Notes under the pieces: generated by a model
Seen by the model: the letters and a program-made list of their open reading frames with translations, nothing else
Told to the model about the DNA's origin: nothing
Database searches by the model: none
NCBI GenBank assembly: GCA_010093815.1
Contig: ML996569.1
DNA from: Pseudovirgaria hyperparasitica
Lineage: Eukaryota
Length of the DNA stretch: 64,000 bases
Reading direction: 5' to 3' (one strand)
Program-made: the position numbers and the translations under genes
Shown here: positions 51,606 through 64,000 of the stretch, in pieces
Layout of the letters: each line of letters begins with the position of its first letter
Numbering within the stretch: position 1 is the stretch's first letter

Positions 51606-52932
51606 ATGGTATGCACTGACTATATGAGACCATGATATTTCACTGATCTCTCTTTCAGTCGAAACAGTACCTCACCCTCCGAACGATTGAAGACGGTGCG
51701 CGACGCCCTGTTTTCACCCTCGCAACAGCACCAACGCGAGACCTCGAACTGACGATTCTCTTGCAGCTCACGCTACAGACATCTTTGCGATTGCACCGAC
51801 TAAAACCCATCTCATCACGGCAAGCGGTGGTTCCAGCTTACGCGTTTATGACACCCAATCGCCCGATATCCCACTCGTACAAGAGCTCAAGGGAGCACAC
51901 AAGCTAGGATGTCACCACCTGGCAACCAGTAAGAATGGCAAGAAAGCGGCGAGTGCTGGATTTGAGGGTAAAGTCAAGGTATGGGTTGCTGGCGAAGGGA
52001 GCGAGTGGGTAGAGGCTGGCGAGATCGTAGGTTTGTCTCTCGAGCTTCGTGCGCTGCTTGCTTGAAGGAGATTCATCGGATATAGCACTATTATCTTATG
52101 CCTTGGTCTCTTATGGAGGCAACAAATACTGATGCACGCGGTAGATTCGAATAAGGCGGGCGAAATATGGGCAGTTGCGCTCAGCGAAGACGGCAGTTAT
52201 CTGGCCAGTACAACGTACGATGGGCGTATCAATGTGTGGGATCTCAAGACAGAAGGTATGCCAAAGATAAGGGAATACGAAACGAAGGGCAGCTTTGGCA
52301 TGTGCGTAGATCTGGTTCGTCACCTCTGCTACTTGGTCGATCTTTGCAGGTGCTAATGAAATCAGTCTATTGATGGTCGATTCACAGCTTCAGGTCATGA
52401 AAATGGAGGTGCATACATTTTCAATAATGACTCTGGGAGAATGCTTCACTCGCTTCCAGGCAAGTAACTCCCTATCAGATCTTGATAACTGTGCTGATGT
52501 CCAGCAGGTCTTGTCAAACCTATTCGCTCTGTAGCATTCTCACCTCTAGGTACGCTTCTCGCTGCTGCTGGAGACGCCCGAATTATCGCCCTCTACGATG
52601 TAGCCTCTGGTGAGCAAGTCGCTAACCTTTCTGGCCATGGCGCGTGGATCTTCAGTCTGAGTTGGAACGAAACAGGCGAGTATCTCTTGAGTGGGTAAGC
52701 ATGATCTCAAAGCACCTTATAGGTCACCTTGATATTTACCGTTCTTAGAGCCTCGGACGGTAGATCAAAGGTATGGTCTACAGATACGAGACAATGCGTC
52801 GCAACACATTCCGAGAGCGACCAAACCATATGGTCTGTCACCTGGTTGCCGAAAACTGCTAGGAGCGAGATGTTCGTAACAGCCGGAGCAAGTAGGGGGA
52901 TTTCTCTATACCGCGAAGCTACCGGAGGCTGA
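51606..52932 (+). CDS. SKI8: WD40 protein Ski8/Rec14
   Basis: ATG, intron, then SKQYLTL..AH.TDIF. Also AHKLGCHH, YETKGSFGMCVD, GLVKPIRSVAFSP and GHGAWIFSL. Multi-exon. Confidence 0.88.
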
Positions 52933-53898
52933 GAGTCTACTCCGGCTCGACACAATACCAACCAGGAGATGATCTTGAAGTGGTCGATGTTGCTGGCCAT
53001 CTAAACAGACAAATCAGGCTTCGTCCGATATGATCTCTGAACACCCGCAGCAACGCCAGCATCAAGAATGCTGAACTTGCGATGTATTACGACCAAGACG
53101 AAAAAGTCGCGTGTCTGAAGGACCTTGCATTAAGAACAGAGAGTATATAAGTAAATCAATCATCACAGCTTCACAGAACACACCACGTCCGAAATCCTAT
53201 CAACATTAACCTAGTACTCCCTACGGGAACATGGGTATGCCATTCTCAGCTTGTAGTACCTAGCTGTCAGACCGCGTTATTCTAGGTTTTCGCGAAAGCG
53301 CAACTCACGCATCCACATACACAGCCGAAGCAGCTAACCGATGTTGTAAGGGCCTAGAATACCAATCTTAATCGCCATGCTGATAGAAAATCTCGAAGTT
53401 GATGCATAACTGTGCACGGTGACAGACATGTGTTGTGTTGAGTCCACCGCTCCCCAACGTATAGCGCCATATGGAAACTCGAGCGTTTAACGGGGGTATC
53501 CAAGTCTATACAGTCATTACCCGACGATAAAGTTACAGACTCAAGTATCGTCAATACCAACCTATCACTCGACGTTCATACTCTGACTCAGCTTGGAGGA
53601 GTGATCATTCTCCTAGCCCCGTGTTGCATTCCCTGCACTGTATCCCATAACTGAACACCGTCAACTTTCTTCCTTCTTCCAAGTCTGCATGTCGAGCCTC
53701 TTCGTATCTCTTCAACACGATCCCAGACATCGAGCGCATAGCACTAACAGATCGAAAGCACTAAATACCTATGCGAGAACGACTTGTAGCCAACACAGCT
53801 AGATGTACAATGGTCAGGCAAAGCTTAGGATTTCTTGGATGCAGAAAAATGCTTGCGAGTCGGAGGAGTGTCGTACGAAGCATCGAGGGGGCGGTGGC

Positions 53899-53952
53899 GA
53901 GGGTTAAGAGGATAATGCTGTTGGTGAGGGTTAAGAGGATAACGCTGTTGGT
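53899..53952. repeat. 27-bp tandem repeat x2
   Basis: gagggttaagaggataatgctgttggt followed by gagggttaagaggataacgctgttggt. Confidence 0.85.
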
Positions 53953-55792
53953 AGGCGCTCCACCCGCATCCGGGAGATCCCCAATAAGGGATCTTTGAAT
54001 CTTAGCAATACAACGAGGCGGCTCTACATGGACGAAACGAAGAGACGGTGATCTATATCGGCGATGATTTCATCAATCTTATGAACAGGAGGAGCACAAG
54101 ACCTGGGGTGCTGCCCTCGTCCAAACACATCGTTAAGATATCAAGTAGTCATGCCTGAGGGATGCTCCGCATATGCCCAAGACGAACTGCACCCACCACC
54201 TCCATCCCCAGAGCTTCAGAACTAGGGTGATAGAACAGCTAGACAGATTGAACCCGTGTAATCTTGTGCCTGAGAACCTCTTTTTGCAAATACATGCGAT
54301 GATGCGTCATTGTTGGCGAACGCGAAAGGTCACAGCCGCACTTCTCGCTAGCCTCTCTGTCTTGTGAGTTCATAGGCACAGATCGCTGTGACATGGAAGA
54401 AAGCTAGCCTCCATGCGGTAAAGTACGCCTTAGTCTGATACTTATCTTCTCTACAGCAATATATTGTACCAGTACACTAGGGCAAATACCAAGTCATGAT
54501 GTTGTCTGAGTATAATGGCGGCGAGTCTGCCTATAAGCCTGATGAGACTGCCGAGCCTAATGAGAGCGAGTCCGGCTGTGTTGATGATCGGCAGTCCTAA
54601 TGATGAGTTTGACGGGCCTGGTGATAAGTAGTATCCCGAGGCTGACGAGGGCGGTCTAGAGCACGCAAGAGGGTGACAGTCATCGCTGGATACATGACCG
54701 GTATACGAACGTGTTGATATGATGTCTCGAAGTGAGAAAAAGGCTGAAAGACACAGATGCTACAGAATGCGTACTATTTTGATTAGTCGATAGCGAATGA
54801 CAGAAAGGAGAGAGAAGGATCATCTATGTTCAGGTTGTCACCTTTGTGTTTCAAGTGTGAGTTTATCATTGTCCGGTCTTGGACGTATTGCGCCTTTCTA
54901 ACAATAGATTCTCCCGGTCATAAAGATATATATCCGTCTTGTCTTGGATGTATCGCGAGAAAGTACGCATCAACGACATCTCCCCAGTGACTCACATCTC
55001 GGATAAAGCTTATACAGGATAGTAACTGTACATTTGAGTCTGCTAGGCCAGCCATAAAAGACATAAGCACCTGAGAACTCAAGAGTTTCCATGTATTTGA
55101 CAAACACTGCTGAGTCTATGATTGGTGGCTATACCAGATTCTGCTGAGTTATCTACGTCTATATATTGAGCATATTATCATGGAAGAACCACGAGAATCT
55201 CAACTTTCTAGAGGTAAATATGGTCCTAGCTCTAGACGGAACTATCTTAGGCGTGGATATCACACGAAAAGAGCACTGCTTGGCTCCGGTCAAATTGGGT
55301 ATCTTTCAGGTCGTACCAAGAAGTTACGCATGTGTAACTTTCTAGATCTTTCTTTCCACTGAATGGGGCATATAGGCCACATTCTCTAAGTCATGAGGAC
55401 CTTCTTCTTTCTAGTACGTACTAGTATTCTTTATTGGCTCAGAACAGCCATATATCCTACAGTCAAGAGTAAATTGAGGGCCATGGATCTCGCAGAACTG
55501 CTTCTCCTTCCTGAGACCTACCACTATTCGACGTCCTTCTGTTCGTAGAACGGCCGTAGCACGTAACTGTGTTCACACAACCACCATCAGTCTTATGCAA
55601 GAAATCGTCGTACACGCAAAGACACAATGCATAAACCACTTTTGTATTTCTACAGCTCTCCATCTGCATCTGCTGCCAGCACTATTCGGGGGGTTCATAA
55701 CCCCGACAAGCCATCAAACAAGCACCCACCCCCTCCCGCAAACACCCCCTTCCTCTACCTCCAAACAGCTTCATCCCCCCCTTCTCCCTCCC

Positions 55793-57288
55793 TCACGCCC
55801 GCACCGGATATCTCCCCTCCACCAGCTCCCTCGCCTCCACCTCCCCTTCCTCCAGCCCACCAAGCATCCACATCCTCTCCCTCAACCCCTTGTTCTCCGC
55901 CCACGTCTTGCGATGCTCCGTGCACACCTCCCGCACCATGCTCACCACTCTCTCGTCTTCCAGGGCCTGAACGGCCGCTATGTCGGCCCTTGACTGGCCG
56001 AGCGCCTCTTCCCGGGTGATGTTGAAGAGGGGACCCTCTCGGAGCGGGACGTCGGGGGCTGGGAAGGGTGGGAAGACGGGGAGGGGGTCCTCGTTGGTGG
56101 TGGTGGTGGTGGTGGTGGTGGAGGCACGTGTGCGGCGGCGTTTGGCGGCCGGCTGGTGGGTGTCAGAATGAAGCTTTTGAAGGGTAATATAGAATAAGTT
56201 GTGTGTGGAGATGAGTCTACAAAGGGGGTTTAGACACGTAGGAAGAGAGGGACGAAGGTGGATGCACGTGAGATGTATATGAAGGTAGGCTTACATTCTC
56301 GCTCTCGGAGCCCTCTTCGGGCTGCTGCTGGTCCAGCTGAACCTCCTCGTCTCCCACTGGGAGCTCAGGATTCAGGGCTTCTGCGACCCTGCGATAGTTC
56401 TATATGCTGTTAGACTTGTTGTAAACGGGATGCAGCCAACAAGAAGGCGACAATATTCCTTGCAAGCCGCGCTGGATTCAGTCTCCTGGCAGGGGAAGAA
56501 CGCCGAAAGAGACGTCTGGGTCCGCGCAATCAAGGCAGTACACGAGGGATCAAACCGACATCAAACGTGTGCTGGACTCCATCTCTGAAGCCAGCGGTAT
56601 GGCCAGATTGCCATTCCAGGGTCCTGCCGGCGTCGAAAGCCGCCCGGCTGTGCTTCTCGATCAGGTCCTTGACCGTCTCGCAGGTGAAGGTGACGGTGAA
56701 CGGATCGTGCAGGTTTGCACCCGCATTGACGGTTCCATGGGTGACAATGTCCGTGCGGATGTTTGTGCCGTGGACCTCCATGAAGTTATCCATAATGTGA
56801 CTGTATTCGTCACGGACGTACGGCTGTAGTGCTTCTTGCACGTCACCTTCGTTCTCCGCGCCGTTACCTTCGCCACGATTGCGTGCTTCGGCCTCGAGAT
56901 CTACAAGTCTGGCCTTGTACGCGATATTGAGCGCTTTCGACACTCTCTCGTAGGTGAGCAGCCACAACAGCGCCTGGCGCAGAAAGTCCTGCGGTTGACT
57001 CTCGATCCAACCAGGCTGGGTCCACGTATCAGTGTATAGGAAGGCGTGCATGGGAACATTCGACATGGGATTGTGTAGTGTAATCCTGGTGGCATTGCGT
57101 GTGAGCGACGCCTGACGACCACCAGCTGAAGAAGGACCAGCGTCCTCCGGGCCTGTCTCCGGTCTACCGGCATTTCGAGATCTTGTTGAACGGGGAGCTG
57201 TGGTGCTAGTTGTACCGTCTTGAGGCGTGGCAGATTGGTCGGAGGCCAACCGCTTGCGCATGGTAGACTTGAGCATAGAAGAAGCCAT
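55793..57288 (-). CDS. Hypothetical (orphan) multi-exon protein
   Basis: A ~250-codon open exon, then an acidic exon (..QQQPEEGSESEN|GTAAGC) and a terminal exon (LHSDTHQPAAKRRR, poly-Thr, ..YPVRA*). No family was recognised and the exon joining is tentative. Confidence 0.5.
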
Positions 57289-57852
57289 AGCGAATATGAT
57301 GAACAAAGAAGGTCTTCTGACGTAAATTTAAAGGTAAAGGAGCTCGGTATTGAAGGTTGAAAGTTGTGTCGAAATTATGTGCGGTGTCGATGTAAGTCCT
57401 GAGTTCGGATGGAGGAAAAGAGGTACGTCGAAGGTTAAATAGGGAAAAACGGAGTGAACCAGTAGCGTGAGACAAGTCTGTTCGGTTGCAAAAGTGAACG
57501 AAAATTCTGTCAGTGCCGTTGAAAAGTGAATGACATCGCTGGACACTTCGTGGAATATCGAGAGGGAGTCAACAGTGGCACACGTGGTAGTCACCCCTGA
57601 AAACTTGAGCGAAGAACCTACGTTGGGGATCATCTGTGGCTCAGGGGCCATCGAGAAGTGAAAACAGATAAGAATTGAATAGGAAAAAAAGTGTTGAACT
57701 TGATATTTCTTTGAAACTCACATCAATGGTGTACCGAGCAAGGAGTCGTAACATAAAAACAGATGTCACAAATATTCCCTGACTGACAAAAGGCCGTCAT
57801 CCTGCATAACGACGAATAAAATGGGTATCTATACTCCCGGCAAGCTCTATAC

Positions 57853-59092
57853 TTATTTGTGTACTGGTTCGCCGTTCTCGTCAATCAGATGCTCGTCAAT
57901 TTTGATTGGGCCCTCGCCCACACCCGTCAAGATGACCCTACTAATACCATTCTGTAGCGCTCCGGCGCTCTTCTCGTCGAAGTTCGCAGCACCAGTCGAG
58001 TTCACTTCGACTGCAGCGCCCCTTTCACCAGCCCAGCCGTCCTTTGACTCAAGCAGAGCCTTGAACGCACCAGCGACCTCCTTCTCATCCTTCTGCAAGT
58101 AGTAAACAACAGCATTCGGACCAGCGTCGAAGGTGTAAGCAGCAATAATCTTGCCTGCAGCCTGGTTGATAGCATTGACAGCCGTGATGGCGGCCCTAGA
58201 GACATCGTTCAGGTAGAAGATTGGTGGCTCTGTGTCCAGGCACGTAGCATGGAAGCTATTGCTGTCCTTCATAGTCAACCTCGCAAATGCCTCAAAGTCT
58301 TTCTTCTGGATCGCCTCTGTCATCTCCTTCATTCGCTTCGGCACAGTGTCGCGTGCACGCTCGGCGAACAATGTGCTCGTGGCAACAGTCGTCTGCATAC
58401 CCGTCGTGCTGCTCACGCCCTTCTTCTCGGCGCTCACAACGAGGATGCAGGCGCGCATCTCCGGCCAGTGCGACGCGGGCGCAACTTCATATGCAACACT
58501 GTCGGAGCCGTCGTCCTTGGTGCCCATCTCCCAGGCTGCATAACCGCCGAAGAGACTGCGACATGCCGAGCCAGATCCTTGTCTTGCGATCCTGGACAGA
58601 TCAGTAGGGTTGGATGGGAGCTCGTAGAGGTTGGCGATGGCACGGACGAGGGCTGCGAAGCCAGCAGCACTGCTCGCAAGACCAGCGGCCGTAGGGAAGT
58701 TGTTCTCGGAGACGATCTTGAGGGGGTAGGACGAGAGAGGAGGGAGAGATGAATCCTTGCTCTCGAGGTCTTTCCTCAGAGCTCGGAGTTCCCTGAAGCA
58801 AGCCTGGGTACGGGCTCCAGTCACGTCTTGAGGAGCGCCGTTGAGGACGAGGACATCTTCGGCGGGGTATTTTGCACTGCAGGAGGCAGTGGTATGGGTC
58901 CGGAGATCGTTCTGAGCGAGGGTGACGGATAGAGAGGAATTTGTAGGTAGGTTGAGCTTCGCGTCACGTTTGCCCCAGTATCTGAAATGATCAGCTCACA
59001 ACGAATAGTCATTGTGGAGGACAGACTCACTTAATCACCGCAATGTTTACAGGGGCAGTGGTGCTGGCCCGATAGATCTTCTGGTCGGTCAT
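57853..59092 (-). CDS. ERG19: Diphosphomevalonate decarboxylase
   Basis: TAPVNIAVIK|YWGKRD..LPTNSS, NNFPTAAGLASSAAG, GSGSACRS and YTFDAGPNA. Intron at ~58982-59030. Confidence 0.96.
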
Positions 59093-59433
59093 GATTGCTC
59101 GATTGAAATTTCTGTGTGTATCACTTTGAATGGAAAAAGGTACACAAGTAAGAAGAAGGATCTGAATTTTAGGACTTTAAACAACAATTGGCGTTTCCAC
59201 AGCCGGGCATATCGAATAGAAGAAGCCCGCTCGGCCACCGTGGGGTTTGTCTCGTTTGGGCCGTCGATCGGGTGGTGCTCGGTGGTGCCACATTTCGGAA
59301 GCACCAGCCACACGCACGGGCCAGTCCATCTTTTTATCAAGCCATCATCCTCATCCTGAGCCTCATTTGGAAACAAACGCCGAGTTGAACCCCCGAGATC
59401 ACCAATTCTCTTCTCGACGTTACATCTGCCACC

Positions 59434-60348
59434 ATGGGCAACGGCCAGTCGACGCCCGAAGCCAAACCATCAGTAGCAACGTCCACATCCGCAGACGTCT
59501 GCCCAGTCGACCACAAGTCTCGAGAAGCATGGCTCGAGAAAGCCCGCATGGCAGAAGCCTCGAAACACCACACCACTCCCACACCCACATCCACACCATC
59601 ACCCCTCGGCGCACCCAGCACGTGCGACTCCTCCAATCTCGCCTCCGACACGCCCAAACCCCAAAGCACAACCTCCAAGATCCTCTCCAGCGTCGGCCTC
59701 TCCACCCACCGCGAAGTCAGCACCATCCCACGCGCACCGCCCGGCGTAGCACCCGCAGCACCCAAGAACTCTGAACAACAACAGCAACAAGAACAACACA
59801 CCACCCCCGACTCAGAACCAGCAGACGCGCACAAGAAAGAGACAAACTGGATCTACCCGTCGCCCAAGATGTTCTACGAGGCCATGAAGCGCAAGAAGCA
59901 CAGCCCAGAGCCCGCGACCATGGACGCCATCGTGCCGATCCACAACGCCGTCAACGAGCGCGTGTGGACCGAGATCAAGACGTGGGAGCACGGCTGGGGC
60001 ACGGATGCGTGCGAGGGCCCGTTTGGCGGGACGTTTCTCGAGTCGTTCCATGGCATGGGCGACCAGCTCTCGCCGAAAGCGCGAGTGAACAGCTGGCTCG
60101 GGTACGCGAAGCCGTTTGATCGGCACGAGTGGGTGATTAATCGGTGTGGGCGGCGAGTGGAGTATCTGATTGATTTCTATGCCGGGCGCGACGAGGGAGT
60201 GCCGGGGAAGAGTCTGAATTTCTATCTTGATGTACGGCCGAAGTTGAATAGCTGGGAGGGTTGGGCGATGAGGGGGGCGCGGGTGCTGGGCTTGAGATTC
60301 GAGAAGGAGAAAGGGGCGACAGGGAATAAATACGCGTCGAATAAGTAG
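59434..60348 (+). CDS. CYT2: Cytochrome c1 heme lyase (holocytochrome c synthase family)
   Basis: CPV heme motif, NWIYPS, HNAVNE (Cyt2-type rather than HNFLNE), PFDRHEW and YLDVRP. Confidence 0.85.
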   Translation: MGNGQSTPEAKPSVATSTSADVCPVDHKSREAWLEKARMAEASKHHTTPTPTSTPSPLGAPSTCDSSNLASDTPKPQSTTSKILSSVGLSTHREVSTIPRAPPGVAPAAPKNSEQQQQQEQHTTPDSEPADAHKKETNWIYPSPKMFYEAMKRKKHSPEPATMDAIVPIHNAVNERVWTEIKTWEHGWGTDACEGPFGGTFLESFHGMGDQLSPKARVNSWLGYAKPFDRHEWVINRCGRRVEYLIDFYAGRDEGVPGKSLNFYLDVRPKLNSWEGWAMRGARVLGLRFEKEKGATGNKYASNK

Positions 60349-61000
60349 ATGAGAGAGAGAGAAAGAAGGAGGTTGTATATATCGACGATGGAAGTGTTGT
60401 ATTAACATGTAACATATCAAATGATCCAGGTTCTACATTCTATCAATATCCGCTACTCTGACCATGTAAACTCTTCCCCTGAGGTAGCGTCATGGAAGCT
60501 GTTTTAGGGAGAGTAATCCGACACGCTAAATCAAAATCACTCACGTATGTTATGCACTACTGAATTGCTCGCAATGATTAATGCCATACCGAAAAGCTCA
60601 TAGACCGGGAATTTTTCATATACCCAAATCTAGGCCTAAGCGCTATCTGTCTGTCGCGAACATGTAACGCACACCACCCCGATTAAGCTTCAGTAACCAA
60701 GCCACAAAGCAGCATTCTACTAGAACTGCTATAATTTACACCCGTCAGCCACCATTAGCCAACAATCCGAGACTGTCATATCCGGACGAGTGTTATCAGC
60801 CGTAGAACAACGCCGAGCTGTAATGCAAATGCCTGCGGGCACGCAGCACCCAGGGGAAGAACCCCCGAGCATTATATTATTGTACAAGATGAGAGTGAAA
60901 GTGAGAGTCGTGAGGAGAAGTTTCGTTTTCGTAAGAGTGTGAGCGCGCGGGGAAAGGGAAAAAGGTATTGTCAAAACTCTTAGTTTTGCAGGACAGACGT

Positions 61001-64000
61001 CTAGATTGGTGACGACGTCCCCGCGATACCGAGCATAGATGGGATGGGCTTGCGTTTGGCTTTGACTTGAGCGACGCGTGGTACGCCTTGGATGACGCGA
61101 GGCTCTTTCATAAAGCGCTTGTCAAGTTGATCGGGGACTTTGAACGGTGTTGATTAGACATGGCTCGACGCGGCGCGAAGATATAGACTTACTACGGCTG
61201 ATGACTTCTCGGTAGTCGCCTGGAACACGGCCGTTGGGTGGAGATGCTGCGGCAGAGCGCCACAGGTGATTTGACTTGTCCGAGAGGAAATCGATATCTG
61301 TGCCAAATATTAGCGACGCATGTTGATAGAGACAGAGGCGTACTGACTTGATCTGCCGAAAAAGGATGCCTTCCCACGGTTACGTTTCGACAGGATGACC
61401 TCGTCAAAAAGACGTACGCTCGGGTTATCGCTCCGCATAGATTCGCGCTCGTGGATGAACTCGTTGAAGGCTGGGGTGAATCAGCATATTGAATGGGACC
61501 TTGTAGACAGAACATACCTTGAGTTTGCTGCAGCATGCTCATATATTGAGAGTTTTCGTGTGGCATGCTGCGTAAGAAGCCATTCATATTGAAAGAATAC
61601 ATGAGACCAGACTTCTTCTGAGCCGAGCTCGCAGGCGACATAAACTTTCGGTATGTGTAGAAAAGACTTGCGAAGCAGCGGACAAAGGCCGCACGCACCT
61701 GATCTTCATGAAAAGCGACCGGACATACGAGGCTCACTTGTGGAGCACAGCGACTATGGGCTACCATGCCACAGGCAGAACACCTGTAGAGTCCGTCGTC
61801 TGACTTCTCATCGCATATGGAGCAATTGGACTTGTCGTCTTTAGGCCGCCATTGTAAGCAATGGCCCTCCACCCATTGGGTCGTGTCAGTGTTCCGTACA
61901 GGTTGCATGAGCATGTTTGGCATGATCGTCGATGCAGCTAGAGTAGAAGCAGCATATATCGATGGAGCATACTGGGAAGGAGCTCGAAATTCCGAACTTA
62001 GTGACGAAGTTGACAGGCTTGGATTGTGGCCGAGATGAGAAGGTTGACTGGGTCGGCGAAGAGTCGGCACGCGGTCCATGTTGAATGATGAGCTTCTGCG
62101 CGACATGGCATCAAAGTGACCTGAGCGTTTCTCGCGAAGATTGGCCTGAAGTGAGTATGCCGAGTCACTTCTCGAGACCGGGGTGGTTGGTATAGGTGGT
62201 GGAAACATCGTTGAAGTTGGAGAGCTCCTCGGAGAAGGCGGGGACGCATTTGTTTTTGTTGTGCAACTTGTCGTCGGCCTATCGGACCCACGACTATTTT
62301 CTCTTCGCGACTGGAGGAAAGCATTGAAGATGATGGTCTTTGGGCCAGCAGCTGGCATATTGGACCCGAAAGCAGACGAGCTAAGGCCGGCATAGGTCGA
62401 TAGTGTCGAATTAGGGGCATTTGCAGTGAATACAGCAGTGTTCTCCGAAGTGAACGAGTCATACGGGAATGCTTCCTGAGCATATGCAGGAGGGCCTGTT
62501 GGTACGCCGTAACGGATATGATGCGAGGCTGCCAGTTGTAGGATGGACATTAGCTTTCGTCTTTGCTGGCGCGGCAAAGGTGTGGGTGGAATGGTGCTTT
62601 CAATCAAGTCGACGTCCAAGTCGACCAGAACAAAGTCATCTTCTGGCAATTCCACGTTTTCATATCGTCGTTCGATGCCTACGATATACGGACATGGCGC
62701 ATCCAGAGCTTGGATTAAGCGGGCTGGGAGGACTGGGATGAGAATGCTTGCCCACTTGAGTGGATAGAGCAGATTGACCAGAGCTGCCGTTGCCAGATGC
62801 AACATTGCTGTGTGCGAGGAGAGAAATATGATACGGGACTCTGATAAGGCATACTCGAATAGAGTGACGATATTGGCGATGGAGAGAGAGCGGAAGAGGG
62901 CGAAGAGGTCGGTGTTCCGTGAGCCGGGTAACTCGTTGTTCGCCTCCTTGCGGGCATACAGTCTAAGCTCTCGTACGCCTAATTCGACCTGTGTCAGGCT
63001 GGATATGGGACTGAGGGCCTCTGCACATAGGTTGACCACGTAACGTTCCAGTGGCTGCCACATGCCTATTTTTGGTGAGCTTGGTGGAACCCTCAGAACT
63101 GCCCCCTGGGTCATTGGCACGACCACGGCCCGAAGCCACTCTTTCCAGAAACTTGTCATGCCTGCCTCTCGGCCTAGGACACCGAATGCGCGAGGTATCC
63201 ACAAGCCTGTTTCACCGTCTGTAAGACCTTCGATCTTGGAAGCTGCGCCATGCCGAACAGGCCGGAGCAGATCTGTCATGAGTGAGATTTTCTCCTCGAC
63301 TGCGCTGATGTCGTCTTCAAGATTCTCTCGCTCGTCAGAGCCTGATGGTACTAATGGCAACTGACAAAGTAATTGGGACAACTTGGCGCGTTCTGCAGCC
63401 AATCTCTCACCCAGGCTACTTGCAAGCTCTCGTTCCTCTCCCGACATGTTTGCACGCCTCCACTGTTCGCACTGTCTTTCAATTCCCTCTGCTGCTTCGC
63501 GTTTGAGTGGAAGCCAGATTGTGAGACAAATGCCATAAAGCTTTGTATTGTCGGCGCTGGTCATAGCAAAGCCATGCCACGTCGAGCGAGGTCGCTCGTC
63601 CGAAGACACAACATTGATGTCATCCGGGAAGGCGAACATAGGAACATAATCGGGAAAAGGATTGCGTCTCTTGCCTTCGTCGATCATATCTGTTGACGGA
63701 TAGCGATCCAGAAGCACGGGCTCGTACCGCCTCTTGAGTGGGTGCATATTCGGTTCGGTTTTGAAGGGTTGAGGGGTTGGAATGACGGAGTTGTAGTTGC
63801 TCATTCGTTTAGCAGTTCTCACAGAAGCTACACGTAGTCAGCCAAGTGCCAGACATGAATTATTTTGGAGACACCCAGGTTACAGTAGTAAACAGACTCA
63901 CATTGCCGATTGACAGAGGAAGCTCTCTTCATGCTGCTCATGCCTGATAGCCGTCGCCGCAGACTGCCTGCGACACTCGACCTCAAGTTATTGACATCTC
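61001..64000 (-). CDS. DENN-domain protein with a C1 zinc finger (5' part outside the window)
   Basis: uDENN YVPMFAFP, DENN LSESRIIFLS..IPVLP..APCPYIVGI, C1 finger H..C..C..C..C..H..C and dDENN VRAAFVRCFASLF. The final exon ends SSPI* at 61001. Confidence 0.88.

Noticed and set aside
57853..59092. ERG19 as part of a terpene cluster with the P450s
   Set aside because: It is ~25 kb away among housekeeping genes and no terpene synthase is seen.

Overview
Fungal (filamentous ascomycete, Pezizomycotina-type) genomic DNA with short GT-AG introns, in three zones. (1) 1-~16.5 kb is an AT-rich, TpA-saturated block with the signature of repeat-induced point mutation (RIP). It holds a relic 2OG-Fe(II) dioxygenase-like ORF, a Ty3/Gypsy chromovirus whose RT domain is interrupted by an antisense Tad1-like LINE (10-bp target-site duplication), and three copies of a 31-bp palindrome located exactly at ORF boundaries. 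(2) ~16.5-32.7 kb is an accessory module with no backbone synthase: PDR-type ABC transporter, two P450s, an HxxxD acyltransferase and a CFEM/PTH11-like receptor. RIP appears to have leaked into the 3' end of the transporter. (3) ~34.8-64 kb is gene-dense core genome: LTO1-like, RAD52, an snR66-like C/D snoRNA, GLE2/RAE1, a divergent glycerate kinase (TDA10/GLYK) plus tartrate dehydrogenase pair, RUD3-like golgin, GUK1, CDC10, MRPL32, SKI8, an orphan, ERG19, CYT2 and a DENN protein. The most interesting leads are the ORF-boundary palindrome, the putative tartrate to glycerate to 3-phosphoglycerate gene pair, and the sense/modify/export cluster. All calls come from reading motifs by eye. No database searches were run, and exon boundaries are approximate.
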